A stretch of 64,000 nt of DNA from Trueperaceae bacterium (GTDB lineage Bacteria; Deinococcota; Deinococci; Deinococcales; Trueperaceae). The notes under the pieces were generated by a model. The model did no database searches. It was not told the DNA's origin and saw only the letters and a program-made list of their open reading frames with translations. The DNA lies in NCBI GenBank assembly GCA_965214405.1, contig OZ243956.1, forward strand, positions 3,040,001-3,104,000, in the 5' to 3' direction. This document shows positions 18,808 to 28,318 of the stretch, in pieces. A program made the translations under genes and the position numbers. Each line of letters begins with the position of its first letter. Positions within the stretch are counted from its first letter, which is position 1.

Positions 18808-19179
18808 ATGCGTATGAGAAATGCCCTCAACTGGTTCGACATTCCCGTGAAAGACATGGATCGCGCCAAGACGTTTTACGGCGCGGTTCTCGACGCCAAG
18901 CTCGAGGACTACCCTATGCCAGATGGACAAAAAATGGCGATGCTTCCCGATTACGACGGTGTCGGCGGCGCGCTCATGCAGGGCGCGAACTATACGCCGA
19001 GCCACGACGGTGCGCTTGTTTACCTGAACGGCGGCGACGACTTACAGGCCATCCAAGACCGCATTGCAGACGCGGGCGGTACGGTGCTGCAAGAGAAAAT
19101 GAGCATCGGCGAAAACGGCTTCATCGCCATTTTTCAGGACAGCGAAGGCAACAAGGTCGGTTTACATTCGCTGGCCTAA
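18808..19179 (+). CDS. VOC (glyoxalase/bleomycin-resistance) family protein
   Basis: WFDIPVKDMDRAKTFY and FQDSEGNKVGL motifs; RBS AAGGAG. Confidence 0.92.
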   Translation: MRMRNALNWFDIPVKDMDRAKTFYGAVLDAKLEDYPMPDGQKMAMLPDYDGVGGALMQGANYTPSHDGALVYLNGGDDLQAIQDRIADAGGTVLQEKMSIGENGFIAIFQDSEGNKVGLHSLA

Positions 19180-19266
19180 TGCCTTCTCGGGGCGGTTCTC
19201 CCACCGCCCCGCTTTTCTGTAATAGGCGACTTCGTGACAGGGACTTTGTGAGAGGTGGCAGGGTAG

Positions 19267-19431
19267 GCTCGAGCCGTCTTTACCCTCCAAGTTGATGACG
19301 TAGACGCCATGTGCGAGAAGCTCAGAGCGCGCGGCGTGGAACTGCTGAACGGCCCGGCGGACCGCCCTTGGGGCATCCGAACCGCCAGCTTTAGAGACCC
19401 TGCGGGGCGTGTTTGGGAGCTAGCCAAGTAG
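19267..19431 (+). pseudogene. VOC family protein, C-terminal remnant
   Basis: Hand translation FTLQVDDVDAMCEKLRARGVELLNGPADRPWGIRTASFRDPAGRVWELAK*; in-frame stop just upstream and no N-terminal half. Confidence 0.75.
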
Positions 19432-19459
19432 CCAGAAGAACGCTCGAGAGGGAGGAAAC

Positions 19460-19900
19460 GTGAAAAGCCACAGCACCAACACCTACAACACCTTTATTAA
19501 AACCGCCGAAGATTGTCCCGTAACCGTTGCGGAAGTTCCGCCTGAAAAGGGCGACAGAAAAACCGTTGCCAATCTTCAGTACAGCGTGATTCAGGGGCAC
19601 CCCTACCGCTACACCTCCGACGACGTGCTGTTTGCCGTGTACGCAGAAAGACAAGCCATTCCCGAAAAAGACCGTGCGACTCAGCGCGAAAAATTCTTCT
19701 CAAAAGGTCAGCCGTGTATGCGGGCGTCGCCGCTGCCCAAACGCTACGGCTGGGGGATTCATAGCAACGCGGAGGGGAAGCTCGCCCTGGTCGCCGTCGA
19801 AGACACGAACTACAAAAAACTTGCAAGCGACCCAACGATAGCCCACCTCGAGGCGATGCGTTCAAAAAAGCGTAAACGTTTAGGCTCGAGCCCCCCATAA
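19460..19900 (+). CDS. DUF6157-like protein
   Basis: NTFI..AEDCP, YTSDDVLF and FFSKGQPCMRASPLPKRYGWG motifs; RBS GGAGG. Confidence 0.75.
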   Translation: MKSHSTNTYNTFIKTAEDCPVTVAEVPPEKGDRKTVANLQYSVIQGHPYRYTSDDVLFAVYAERQAIPEKDRATQREKFFSKGQPCMRASPLPKRYGWGIHSNAEGKLALVAVEDTNYKKLASDPTIAHLEAMRSKKRKRLGSSPP

Positions 19901-19911
19901 GGAGGAACCCC

Positions 19912-20325
19912 ATGACAAACCGCGCCACCGGAACCTTTGAAGTAGACTTAAAACCACAAGCTCTGGCCCATAGCGAAGCGGACGCGGCGCTCGGCAGGCT
20001 GTCCATCGTCAAGCAGTTTCACGGCGACTTGGAGGGCACGAGTAAAGGCGAGATGTTGAGCGCCAGAACGAGCGTCGAAGATTCCGCCGGTTACGTCGCC
20101 ATCGAAAAGGTCACGGGCACGTTGCGCGGGCGGCAGGGGACGTTTGTGCTGCAACACTCGAGCACCATGACCCGCGGCGAGGGCGAGCAGAACATCACCG
20201 TCGTACCGGATTCGGGCACGGGGGAGCTGGCGGGGCTTAGGGGAAGAATGACTATCCAGGTCGAGGTGGGACACGCTTACACCTTTGAGTACACTTTTAC
20301 CGAGGAAAGTGGGGCAACTCAGTGA
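19912..20325 (+). CDS. DUF3224 family protein
   Basis: FHGDLEGTS, AGYVAIE, GTFVLQH and VVPDSGTGEL motifs. Confidence 0.88.
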   Translation: MTNRATGTFEVDLKPQALAHSEADAALGRLSIVKQFHGDLEGTSKGEMLSARTSVEDSAGYVAIEKVTGTLRGRQGTFVLQHSSTMTRGEGEQNITVVPDSGTGELAGLRGRMTIQVEVGHAYTFEYTFTEESGATQ

Positions 20326-21188
20326 GTTCACTCGGGGCAGCCCAAACCTTTCTGCTCAACAACGGGCGCTTGCTCGAGCGCCACCTCTTCGGCTACTTGT
20401 TCGACCCTGACTCTCAACCTGGCTCCCGCGATAAAGTTATAAACGCACTCAAGGCTTACCAAAACGAGGACGGCGGCTTCGGCAACGCGCTCGAGCCCGA
20501 CAAGCGCACCTCCTCTTCGCAACCCATCGACCAAGAGAGCGCCTTAAAAGTTATGGACGAGGTCGGCTTAAATGGCGAGATGGTTAAAGGCATGTGCGAC
20601 TTTCTCACTACGATTACGACGGACGAGGGCGGCGTCCCGTTCACCCTGCCGAGCGTACAAGACGCTCCTCACGCCCCCTGGTGGGGTACGGACGAAGCCG
20701 ACCCGCCCGCCTCACTCAACCCGACGGCAAGCATTGCGGGGCTCTTGCACAAGCACAGCTACATGCACCCTTGGTTGGAGAGGGCGACAACCTTTTGTTG
20801 GGAGAAATTAGAGGCTCCCGGTGACGCAGAAGTTCACACCCTGCTCAGCGTGATGGTGTTTCTCGAGCACGCCCCCGACCGCACGCGGGCCGAGGCTGTT
20901 TTCGAAAGTATCAAAGAGCAGATTTTGAATGCGACGGCCGTTAAGCTGGACACCGAGGGTTACGTTCACCCGCCCTACGCCTTCGCGCCGACACCGGGCA
21001 GCCTTGCGAGGCAGCTTTACAGTGACGAACTGATGGACAAACACCTAGACGCGCTCGCCGAACAGCAGCAAGACGACGGCGGCTGGCCCATCGCCTGGCC
21101 CCCGGTGAGTCCGGGCTGCGAATTGGAATACCGGGGCGTCGTTACACTGAACGCGCTTCTGACGCTTCGTGCTTACGAAAAACTTTAG
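20322..21188 (+). CDS. Prenyltransferase/squalene-cyclase-like repeat protein, function unknown
   Basis: QNEDGGFGNALEPD and QQDDGGW QW-like motifs. Confidence 0.75.
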   Translation: MSSLGAAQTFLLNNGRLLERHLFGYLFDPDSQPGSRDKVINALKAYQNEDGGFGNALEPDKRTSSSQPIDQESALKVMDEVGLNGEMVKGMCDFLTTITTDEGGVPFTLPSVQDAPHAPWWGTDEADPPASLNPTASIAGLLHKHSYMHPWLERATTFCWEKLEAPGDAEVHTLLSVMVFLEHAPDRTRAEAVFESIKEQILNATAVKLDTEGYVHPPYAFAPTPGSLARQLYSDELMDKHLDALAEQQQDDGGWPIAWPPVSPGCELEYRGVVTLNALLTLRAYEKL

Positions 21189-21196
21189 GAGTGCTC

Positions 21197-21286
21197 ATGA
21201 TGGTATCCGCTGAAACGTTGCCCAAAATCGTCGCCGAGCTGTTCGGCGAAGCCCACACGGGCTTGAAAAAGGGTCGGGGCGGTTAG
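21197..21286 (+). pseudogene. 29-codon ORF, probable truncated N-terminus of a lost gene
   Basis: RBS AGGAG then MMVSAETLPKIVAELFGEAHTGLKKGRGG*. Confidence 0.35.
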
Positions 21287-21312
21287 AGAATCTTAGCTGT
21301 GAGAGGAAAACC

Positions 21313-21858
21313 TTGATTCACCCGAAAGCTCGAGGCCTCGAAACACCCCGCTTGCACCTGCGCCAGTTCGGGCCGGAGGATGCAGACGTGCTTGCCGAGA
21401 TTTACGGTGACCCTGACGTGATGGCGTTCATCAGTGACGGCGTTCAGACAAGGGAGCAGGTGGTCCAGATGCTGGGCGAGTACCGGACTCAGTGGGAGGG
21501 ACACCCCTGGGGTTTGTGGGCGGTTGTGTATAGGGCAGATGCCGTGCTCATCGGCGTGGGCGGGTTCGTGGCTCCGGCGGAGGTCGCCTATATTCTCGCC
21601 AAAGCGTACTGGGGGCGCGGCTTGGCGACGGAAATCATGCAGGCGTGTTTGTGGTACGGCTTCGCCCACTTGAAGCTCGAGCGTGTCGGCGCGGGCGCGC
21701 TACTTTCCAATGAGGCGTCCTTGCGCGTCATTAGAAAAGCCGGTCTGAGGCGTACCGAAAATGAGCACTTCGACGCGAACGGCGGCGCTTACTACGCGGT
21801 GACTCGAGAGGCGTATAGGGCGGCGCAAAGGGAATTTCGGCTGTGCGCGGTTCGTTGA
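21313..21858 (+). CDS. GNAT acetyltransferase, RimJ/RimL type
   Basis: LETPRLHLRQF, YWGRGLATE and NEASLRV motifs. Confidence 0.88.
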   Translation: MIHPKARGLETPRLHLRQFGPEDADVLAEIYGDPDVMAFISDGVQTREQVVQMLGEYRTQWEGHPWGLWAVVYRADAVLIGVGGFVAPAEVAYILAKAYWGRGLATEIMQACLWYGFAHLKLERVGAGALLSNEASLRVIRKAGLRRTENEHFDANGGAYYAVTREAYRAAQREFRLCAVR

Positions 21859-21910
21859 GATGTTCTGGAGGTGGTGTTCGTGGTTGATGAGGTAGACACG
21901 TTTGTGAGCA

Positions 21911-22014
21911 CTACACAACGCGCACCACCGGGGCCAGGTGTCGCTGCGCTGAAAACTTCCGGCTTCCCGTTACCCGGCGACGACGCTGTGTGGGAACCGT
22001 GGAAAGGCGGATAG
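21911..22014 (+). pseudogene. DinB family protein, frameshifted C-terminal remnant
   Basis: LHNAHHRGQVSL, then after a 1-nt shift LKTSGFPLPGDDAVWEPWKGG*; HxxHHRGQ is the DinB metal motif. Confidence 0.6.
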
Positions 22015-22099
22015 CTGTCACGCCGTTATGCGCCGGTTCGGCACGCGTTTCAGCTCAGGGAGCTCTTAGAGCAACAAAGCTAAGGGCTTCTTATTCAGC

Positions 22100-23038
22100 C
22101 TATCTCAACCTGTCGGGACGCAACGGGCCGCCCGCGTCCGGCTTGCCCTCGAGCCGGTTGTTGTAAATGCGCTGGGTCGGGTAGGCGAGGTCGATGTCGT
22201 CGTGTTTGGCGAATTCGCGTAAAATATCCTCCCAAATCGCCTCGGCGGTGCCGCGGCGGCGGCGGGGCTGGCAAAGGAAGCGCATGGTCAGCAAGATGCC
22301 GCTGTCCTCGACGCTCGTGTAAACGATCGGCGTGAGCTTCGAAAAAACGATGTAGTAGCGTCTCGCCGCCATCCTCACGCGCCGCGCTGCGGAGTCCGAG
22401 AGCATCTCGGCGTGGCGGTGGACGGCCTCGTGAACGATGCGTTTGGCCTCCTCCCAGTTGCTCTCAAAAGTGACGAGCACCGGGATCTCGTGCCAGATGT
22501 AGGGGAAGCCCTGGGTATAGTTCGCCAGCGGCTCCTTGAAAATCTTGCCGTTGGGCACGTGGATGATGCGCCCGGTGCTCTGGTCGGCGGCCACCCAGTT
22601 GCCGATTTCTATCAAAGAAAAGGCGAAGGGCCGCAGGTCGATGACGTCGCCCCGGAACTCGCCCATCTGGATGCGGTCGCCCACCTCGAAGGGGCGGCGC
22701 GTGAGGATAAACACCCAGCCCGCGAGCCCCGTGACGAGGTCTGAAAGGGCGATCGCCAGACCCGCCGAGACGAGACCCAAAAAAGTCGCCAGGGACGGCA
22801 GGCCCTCGAGCCACACCCGAACGATGAGCACAATCCCCAGCGCTATGGCCGTGTAGTGAATCGTTTTGCCCCAGCGGTAGCGGGTGCGCGGGCTGTTGCT
22901 GCGCCAGTGAACGAGCCAAATAAGGAGCGTTTGCAATCCCCAGAGCGCTAGAACGATGAGTAACGAAGCGAGGATGTGACCCACCACCACGATTTCCAGA
23001 CCCGTCACGGACTGTATCCATCTGGTGAGCGTGTTCAT
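22100..23038 (-). CDS. Small-conductance mechanosensitive channel (MscS family)
   Basis: RPFEVGDRIQMG and IIHVPNG motifs; N-terminal TM helices. Confidence 0.92.
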   Translation of the reverse strand: MNTLTRWIQSVTGLEIVVVGHILASLLIVLALWGLQTLLIWLVHWRSNSPRTRYRWGKTIHYTAIALGIVLIVRVWLEGLPSLATFLGLVSAGLAIALSDLVTGLAGWVFILTRRPFEVGDRIQMGEFRGDVIDLRPFAFSLIEIGNWVAADQSTGRIIHVPNGKIFKEPLANYTQGFPYIWHEIPVLVTFESNWEEAKRIVHEAVHRHAEMLSDSAARRVRMAARRYYIVFSKLTPIVYTSVEDSGILLTMRFLCQPRRRRGTAEAIWEDILREFAKHDDIDLAYPTQRIYNNRLEGKPDAGGPLRPDRLR

Positions 23039-23043
23039 GCTTT

Positions 23044-23952
23044 TTAGAGCATACCCTCTTTAGGAGGGCTGAGAAACTCGAGCATCCCCTCGTTCACCCT
23101 TTCACGCGCGTCTATCTGCACCCAGTGACTCGCTTGACGAATGCGGAGGAGGCGAAGGTGAGGGACAAACGGCTCTAAACTTTGGGTGAGTTTCACGTCT
23201 AAAAACTCGTCCTGCTCGCCCCAAACGAGGAGCGTCGGCACGGTGACTGGACCATGCTGCGTCCCGCCACCCCGTAAAACCTGGCGCAACGCCGCCCGAA
23301 ACGCCGCCCGGTAGTAGTTAATGGATGCACGGAGCGCGCCCGGTTGCAGCAGCGCGTCGGTGTAGCGGTCCGAATCTTCGTCGGTAAAAAGTTCGGGGCG
23401 CAGGCTGCCGTGCCGGAGGGTCTGCTCGAGCGCCCGCCTCCCTCCCAGACGAAAAAGCAGCTCGGGCAGCCACGGAAGCTGAAAAAAGAGGATGTACCAC
23501 GATTTGCGGATTTGCTTCCAGCTTTTAAGCTCGCGCGCAAAGGCGGCGGGGTGCGGCGCGTTCATCACCACGAGCTTGCCCACCCGCTCCGGGTAGCGCG
23601 CCGCCACCGCCCACGCCACCGCGCCGCCCCAGTCGTGACCGACCACGACCGCCCGACGCTCGCCAGCGTGCGAGATGAGCGCAGCTACGTCGGCGCTGAG
23701 GTGTTTAATACGATAGGCAGCCACGCCGGGCGGTTTTTCTGACAGGTTGTAGCCGCGCATGTCGAGGGCAATCACCCGAAAGCCCGCGCGGGTCAGCGCG
23801 GGGATTTGGAAGCGCCAGGAGTACCAGAATTCGGGAAAACCGTGGAGCAAGATGACGAGCGGCCCACGACCCGCCGCGACCCCTGCTTCAACATAGTGCA
23901 GCCGCACGCCGTTCACGACGGCCTGATGGTGCGTCCACGGTCCCTCAATCAT
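23044..23952 (-). CDS. Alpha/beta hydrolase, epoxide-hydrolase-like
   Basis: LLHGFPEFWYSWR, GHDWGG and SHWVQ motifs. Confidence 0.92.
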   Translation of the reverse strand: MIEGPWTHHQAVVNGVRLHYVEAGVAAGRGPLVILLHGFPEFWYSWRFQIPALTRAGFRVIALDMRGYNLSEKPPGVAAYRIKHLSADVAALISHAGERRAVVVGHDWGGAVAWAVAARYPERVGKLVVMNAPHPAAFARELKSWKQIRKSWYILFFQLPWLPELLFRLGGRRALEQTLRHGSLRPELFTDEDSDRYTDALLQPGALRASINYYRAAFRAALRQVLRGGGTQHGPVTVPTLLVWGEQDEFLDVKLTQSLEPFVPHLRLLRIRQASHWVQIDARERVNEGMLEFLSPPKEGML

Positions 23953-23961
23953 CTAAGAACT

Positions 23962-24375
23962 TTAATCTTTCTCGCGCATTTCCCGCCGCCGCATCGGCAT
24001 CGCGTCGATGACGGTGTAAAGCACGTCCGGCTCGACGGGCTCACTGTAGCGTTCCTTCTCGCCACCGTCTTTGCCGATGAGGATGACTGTCAGAGCGTTC
24101 TCGGGCACGGCGTAGCGCTCACGCAGGGTGGCGGCTGTTTCTGAAGAAGGGTGCTCGAGCCCGCCTGCATCGCCAAAAAGATGGAACACAAGTAGGTCAC
24201 GGTCTTTGAGAGCCGCATCTTCATTCTCTAACAAGCGACGTTGCGCCTCGTATGCCCCATTTTCGGGCGAAGGCGCGAACACGAGCAGCAGGCGGTTCTG
24301 CCAGCGGTAAGGGGACAAGTCGGCGGACGAAAGGGGTTGAAACATGGCGGCTCCCGTTATGAGCAGTAGAAGCAT
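23962..24375 (-). CDS. DUF4174 family protein
   Basis: YRWQNRLLLVFAP, LIGKDGGEK and IDAMPMRRRE motifs. Confidence 0.88.
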   Translation of the reverse strand: MLLLLITGAAMFQPLSSADLSPYRWQNRLLLVFAPSPENGAYEAQRRLLENEDAALKDRDLLVFHLFGDAGGLEHPSSETAATLRERYAVPENALTVILIGKDGGEKERYSEPVEPDVLYTVIDAMPMRRREMREKD

Positions 24376-24402
24376 CTTTGAACCTTGACTGGACCGAACG
24401 CG

Positions 24403-25362
24403 CTACGACGCATCTGCTTGGGTGTAGGCTTTTACGCTGCTTTCCGAACGGTCCTTCAGAGATTCCGCCTCGATAAAGATGCGCTTGATGTCGGGATGTT
24501 CGGCGCGGATAGTTTGCTCGAGCCTGTCCACCGCCCCCGTCACCTCCGCCGCCGAGAGTTCGGGCCGGAACTGAACGTCTAAGTTGAGGAGTATCTGCCT
24601 GGGGGCCAGGTGCATCGTCAGCGGTCGGCCCACCCGCTCGACCGCCGGGTCGCGCTCGGCAAGCGCGCGCACGCCCTTCACGACCGTTTCGCCCGCGCTC
24701 TCGCCCAACAAGAGCTCCTTGCTCTCGTAGGCCAGAAACACCGCCACGAGCGCCAGAATCACCCCGATGATGAGCGAGGCGACCCCGTCGAGGATGGGCA
24801 TGTCGAGCTGGTGCCCCAAAAACACCCCCAAAAAGGCCACCACGAGACCCAGCATCGCGGCGGTGTCCTCACCCAAAACGATAAAGATGGCCGGGTCCTT
24901 GCTTTCCCGGAGCGCGCGCCAGATGCTCCTTTTCCCGCGCGTTGCCAGGAGCGCCCGGAGCGCGATCCACCAGGCGAAAAACTCGACCACCACCGCGATG
25001 CCCAGTACCACATAGTTCCAGGTCGGGTCGCCCATTTCGCTCGGGTGCCGGAGGTGCCTCACGCCCTCGTAAAACGAAATACCGCCGCCGATGCCAAAAA
25101 GCAGCATGGCGACAATGAGGCTCCAGAAGTAGAGCTCTTTGCCGTAGCCAAAGGGGTGGTGGTCGTCGGCGGGTTTGGCGCTCCGCCGGATACCCAGAAG
25201 GATGAGGAGCTGATTGCCCGTGTCCACGACCGAGTGGACGCCTTCGGAAAGCATCGCCGAGGAACCGGTAACGCCCGCCGCGACGAACTTGGTGATGGCG
25301 ATGATAAAGTTCGCGCCCGCGGCGGCGTAGACCGCGGTGGGTTTGTCGGAATGTCCGGCCAT
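24403..25362 (-). CDS. Cation diffusion facilitator (CDF) transporter
   Basis: SEGVHSVVD and HPFGYGKE motifs; 6 TM segments plus a C-terminal domain. Confidence 0.92.
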   Translation of the reverse strand: MAGHSDKPTAVYAAAGANFIIAITKFVAAGVTGSSAMLSEGVHSVVDTGNQLLILLGIRRSAKPADDHHPFGYGKELYFWSLIVAMLLFGIGGGISFYEGVRHLRHPSEMGDPTWNYVVLGIAVVVEFFAWWIALRALLATRGKRSIWRALRESKDPAIFIVLGEDTAAMLGLVVAFLGVFLGHQLDMPILDGVASLIIGVILALVAVFLAYESKELLLGESAGETVVKGVRALAERDPAVERVGRPLTMHLAPRQILLNLDVQFRPELSAAEVTGAVDRLEQTIRAEHPDIKRIFIEAESLKDRSESSVKAYTQADAS

Positions 25363-25478
25363 AAGGGTCTCCCAAACGAGTCAAAATACAAACGAACCCA
25401 TCTTACCCTCTTGTGGAGAAGACTCGAGTGCAAAACGCTCTTTCAAAGCGGGGGGCACGAAATCTTCTCGGTTCCGCT

Positions 25479-26200
25479 TCATCCTTTACGCGCCCGCACG
25501 ATTAAAAAGCTAGGCATCTTCAACAGCCTCTCAAAAAGCTCGGGCTCGGCGCGTTTGAATTGGGGCGTGGGCCGGGGCTCGAGCACCCTCTCCATCACGA
25601 ACCCCGCACCCGCGAGCGCTTCTGTCAACGCCGAGAGCGGGCGAGCATATAGCGTTATGGGTCCAATGCTCTTTTCCACGGTGAGGCGTTGGGTTTGCAT
25701 ATAGCTTTCAGGTCTGAAGTCCAGATAGTCTGCAAAGGGATGAGGCAGCGACAGAAGGAACAGACCGTCAGGCTTGAGCACCCTCGCAAGCTCCCCAAAA
25801 ACGTCTTCCCAATCCTCGAGATAATGCAAACAAGCGAGCACACAGCCAGGTCAAAAGAGGCGGACGAAAAGGGGAGAGGGAGACGCAAATCCGCCCTTAG
25901 AACTTCGGCACGACCCCCAACCCTCGCCCGCGTGATGGCGACCATCTTTTCAGAGGCGTCGATGGCGGTGACATTGGCACCACGCTCCACCAAATACTGC
26001 GTGTACCAGCCCGGCCCGCAGCCCGCGTCGAGCACGGCGAGACCTGTCACAGGAGGCAAAAGCGCGGTCACGGCGGGTCTCTCATAGTGGGCGTGGAAAA
26101 GCTTCGCGTCGTCCGCCGCCGCGTACGCCTCGGCTTCTCGTTCAAACGCGTCTGCCGCGTTCATTTTCTCGGGCCGCGCGTTTGGGTTCGCCTCGTCCAC
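25479..26200 (-). pseudogene. Class I SAM-dependent methyltransferase, frameshifted
   Basis: N-half (VLDAGCGPG) and C-half (LHYLEDW, ARVLKPDG) lie in different frames; adding one T near 25828-25830 restores CSLVLHYLEDW. Confidence 0.8.
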
Positions 26201-26321
26201 AGATTTATCCTACAAATTCACACCACAGGCTTGCCGGATTTCGCTTCTTCTTCGGCAAAAACAGTCGGTTTTGCCGCTCCCAAGAACGTCCGGACGGGCG
26301 TTTATCGGTAGGATAGGGGGG

Positions 26322-27176
26322 ATGACGCGCAGACTCCGCGAGAACTTAGGCAACATCATTTTTGAAACCGATACCCCGGCGGCCAAACTGTTCGACGTGG
26401 TGGTGCTCTGGGCGATTCTTTTGAGCGTGGCGCTGGTGATGTTGGAGAGCGTGCTCAGCCTGCGCGCTCAGTATGGCGGGGTGCTGCGGGCGCTCGAGTG
26501 GGGCTTCACCGTGCTTTTTACCGTGGAATACCTCCTCCGCATCTACGCCGCCAGAAAGCGGCTGCGCTACGTGACCTCCTTTTACGGCGTGGTGGATCTC
26601 CTGGCGGTGCTGCCGAGTTACTTAAGTCTGATTATCGCCGGTTCGCAGTATTTTATCGTCATCCGCTCCCTGCGCCTCCTGCGCGTGTTCCGGGTGCTCA
26701 AGCTGGCGCGCTATCTGGGCGAGGCCAACACGCTCGCCAGGGCGCTCCGCGCGAGCCGCGTTAAAATTATCGTGTTCTTGTGGACCGTACTCACTTTGGT
26801 TATTATCATCGGCTCGGTGATGTATCTGGTCGAGGGGGCCGACAGCGGCTTTACGAACATCCCCATCAGCGTCTACTGGGCCATCGTCACCCTCACGACG
26901 GTCGGCTACGGCGACATCGCGCCGCGGACGCCCTTGGGTCAGACGCTTTCAGCGCTGGTGATGATTTTGGGCTACGCCATCATCGCGGTGCCGACGGGCA
27001 TCGTCACGACCGAGCTGGGCCGCGCGTCGCAAGAAGAGCGGGAGAAGCGGCTGCGGGTCGTATGCCCCCACTGTGGACTAAGCGGCCACGACGTGGACGC
27101 GGTTCACTGCAAATACTGCGGCGAAACCTTGCCGGTTGAGGCTGGCGAGAGCAAAGTTCAAGTGGTTGCGCCTTAG
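26322..27176 (+). CDS. Voltage-gated-type potassium channel (ion transporter)
   Basis: TVGYGD filter; S4 RSLRLLRVFRVLK; C-terminal CPHC...CKYC. Confidence 0.93.
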   Translation: MTRRLRENLGNIIFETDTPAAKLFDVVVLWAILLSVALVMLESVLSLRAQYGGVLRALEWGFTVLFTVEYLLRIYAARKRLRYVTSFYGVVDLLAVLPSYLSLIIAGSQYFIVIRSLRLLRVFRVLKLARYLGEANTLARALRASRVKIIVFLWTVLTLVIIIGSVMYLVEGADSGFTNIPISVYWAIVTLTTVGYGDIAPRTPLGQTLSALVMILGYAIIAVPTGIVTTELGRASQEEREKRLRVVCPHCGLSGHDVDAVHCKYCGETLPVEAGESKVQVVAP

Positions 27177-27234
27177 TCCAGAGAAGTTTGGTTCAGAACT
27201 TTCGTGGGACACGGAGTAGCACGAAAAGAGGTGT

Positions 27235-27735
27235 TTGGTGGGAACGAACGGAGAGCTTCGCACTACCCGCCGCGCCGTGTTGGAAGACGCGGCGGCCATC
27301 GCACTTATTTATAACCACGGCATCGAAGATCGCGTCGCCACCTTTGAGACGCAGCTTAGAAACGAGGACGACGTAAAAGCTTGGTTTGACGGGCATTATT
27401 CGGTTGTGGTGGTCGAAGCCGGAGGAGATGTGAAAGCCTTTGCCTCGACCTCGCTCTACCGCTCGAGACCCTGCTACCGGGGCATTGCCGAATTCTCCGT
27501 CTACGTGCGGCGGGAGGCCAGGGAACAGGGCTACGGACGTCTGGCGATGACCGCGCTTATAGAAGAGGCCGCCAAAGCAGGGTTCTGGAAGCTTGTGTCT
27601 CGAGTGTTTCCTGAAAACAAAGCTAGCTTGAGACTCCTCGCCTCGCTCGGCTTCCGTGAGGTCGGCGTGTATGAAAAGCACGCGCAGCTTGACGGTGTCT
27701 GGCGGGACGTGGTGATTGTCGAGCGGTTGCTGTGA
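27235..27735 (+). CDS. GNAT acetyltransferase, phosphinothricin/arsinothricin (ArsN1-like) type
   Basis: IYNHGIEDRVATFET, YRSRPCY and KHAQLDGVWRDVVIVE motifs. Confidence 0.85.
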   Translation: MVGTNGELRTTRRAVLEDAAAIALIYNHGIEDRVATFETQLRNEDDVKAWFDGHYSVVVVEAGGDVKAFASTSLYRSRPCYRGIAEFSVYVRREAREQGYGRLAMTALIEEAAKAGFWKLVSRVFPENKASLRLLASLGFREVGVYEKHAQLDGVWRDVVIVERLL

Positions 27736-27807
27736 GTGTGGTTGGGAATTTGCTTGGGCTGAGAGGTTCAAAATCAAAGGGTAGAGCCGACGAACTAGAA
27801 TGCAAGT

Positions 27808-27954
27808 ATGGATACCTCGAGCGTCTTTTTCCTCTTCGCGGCGACCTATCTGGTGAGCGTGACGCAGGTGATGCTGTCGGTGGGGCTGGCGGAGGCGGCG
27901 GTTTTTGTCGGGACGGTGCTGTTGGTGCCGTTGTTAATGGGCTCGAGGGGGTGA
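27808..27954 (+). CDS. Small hydrophobic protein, 48 aa
   Basis: MDTSSVFFLFAATYLVSVTQVMLSVGLAEAAVFVGTVLLVPLLMGSRG*; TAGAAT lies 6 nt before the ATG (leaderless pattern). Confidence 0.5.
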   Translation: MDTSSVFFLFAATYLVSVTQVMLSVGLAEAAVFVGTVLLVPLLMGSRG

Positions 27955-27983
27955 GAAGGCTTGAACGGGGTGGTGGCGACTGC

Positions 27984-28012
27984 TTGATTAGCATGCTCCC
28001 GCATGCTATTGT
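27984..28012 (+). promoter_or_regulatory. Promoter of the wHTH-MTase operon containing two GCATGC sites
   Basis: TTGATT-N17-TATTGT with extended TG; GCATGC at 27991-27996 and 28001-28006. Confidence 0.7.
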
Positions 28013-28024
28013 TAGGTAGATGTT

Positions 28025-28318
28025 ATGGCGCGGTACAAGCACAATTTGGAAAGGTTAATGATGCGAGTGCTCCTCGAGAAACAAGGCGAGGGGCCTTTAT
28101 CCCTTAACGAAATCGTAACCGAGATTAGAAGACTTATCCCAGACGCCTTACCGGGCAAATCCCCAAGCAAATCTCTTTACTCAACAATTTATAGACGCGA
28201 GAAAAGGCGTAAAGAGCGCGGGCTCACGCCCGCATTCATCAGTCACAAAAGAGATTTGGTCGCGCGTTATAGCGTAAACCCCGACTTCAACCCAGAGGAG
28301 GCTGGGAGAAAGATATGA
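28025..28318 (+). CDS. Stand-alone winged-helix protein, HARE-HTH-like
   Basis: PLSLNEIVTEI...GKSPSKSLYSTIYR...F...RYSV pattern; its stop overlaps the MTase start (ATGA). Confidence 0.65.
   Translation: MARYKHNLERLMMRVLLEKQGEGPLSLNEIVTEIRRLIPDALPGKSPSKSLYSTIYRREKRRKERGLTPAFISHKRDLVARYSVNPDFNPEEAGRKI

Noticed and set aside
18808..22014. Integron cassette array
   Set aside because: No attC-like repeats or integrase seen; several genes are directly coupled.
27623..28042. Track ORFs 27732-28019 (+) and 27623-28042 (-)
   Set aside because: Low-complexity shadow frames; the 48-aa frame has better start signals and codon pattern.
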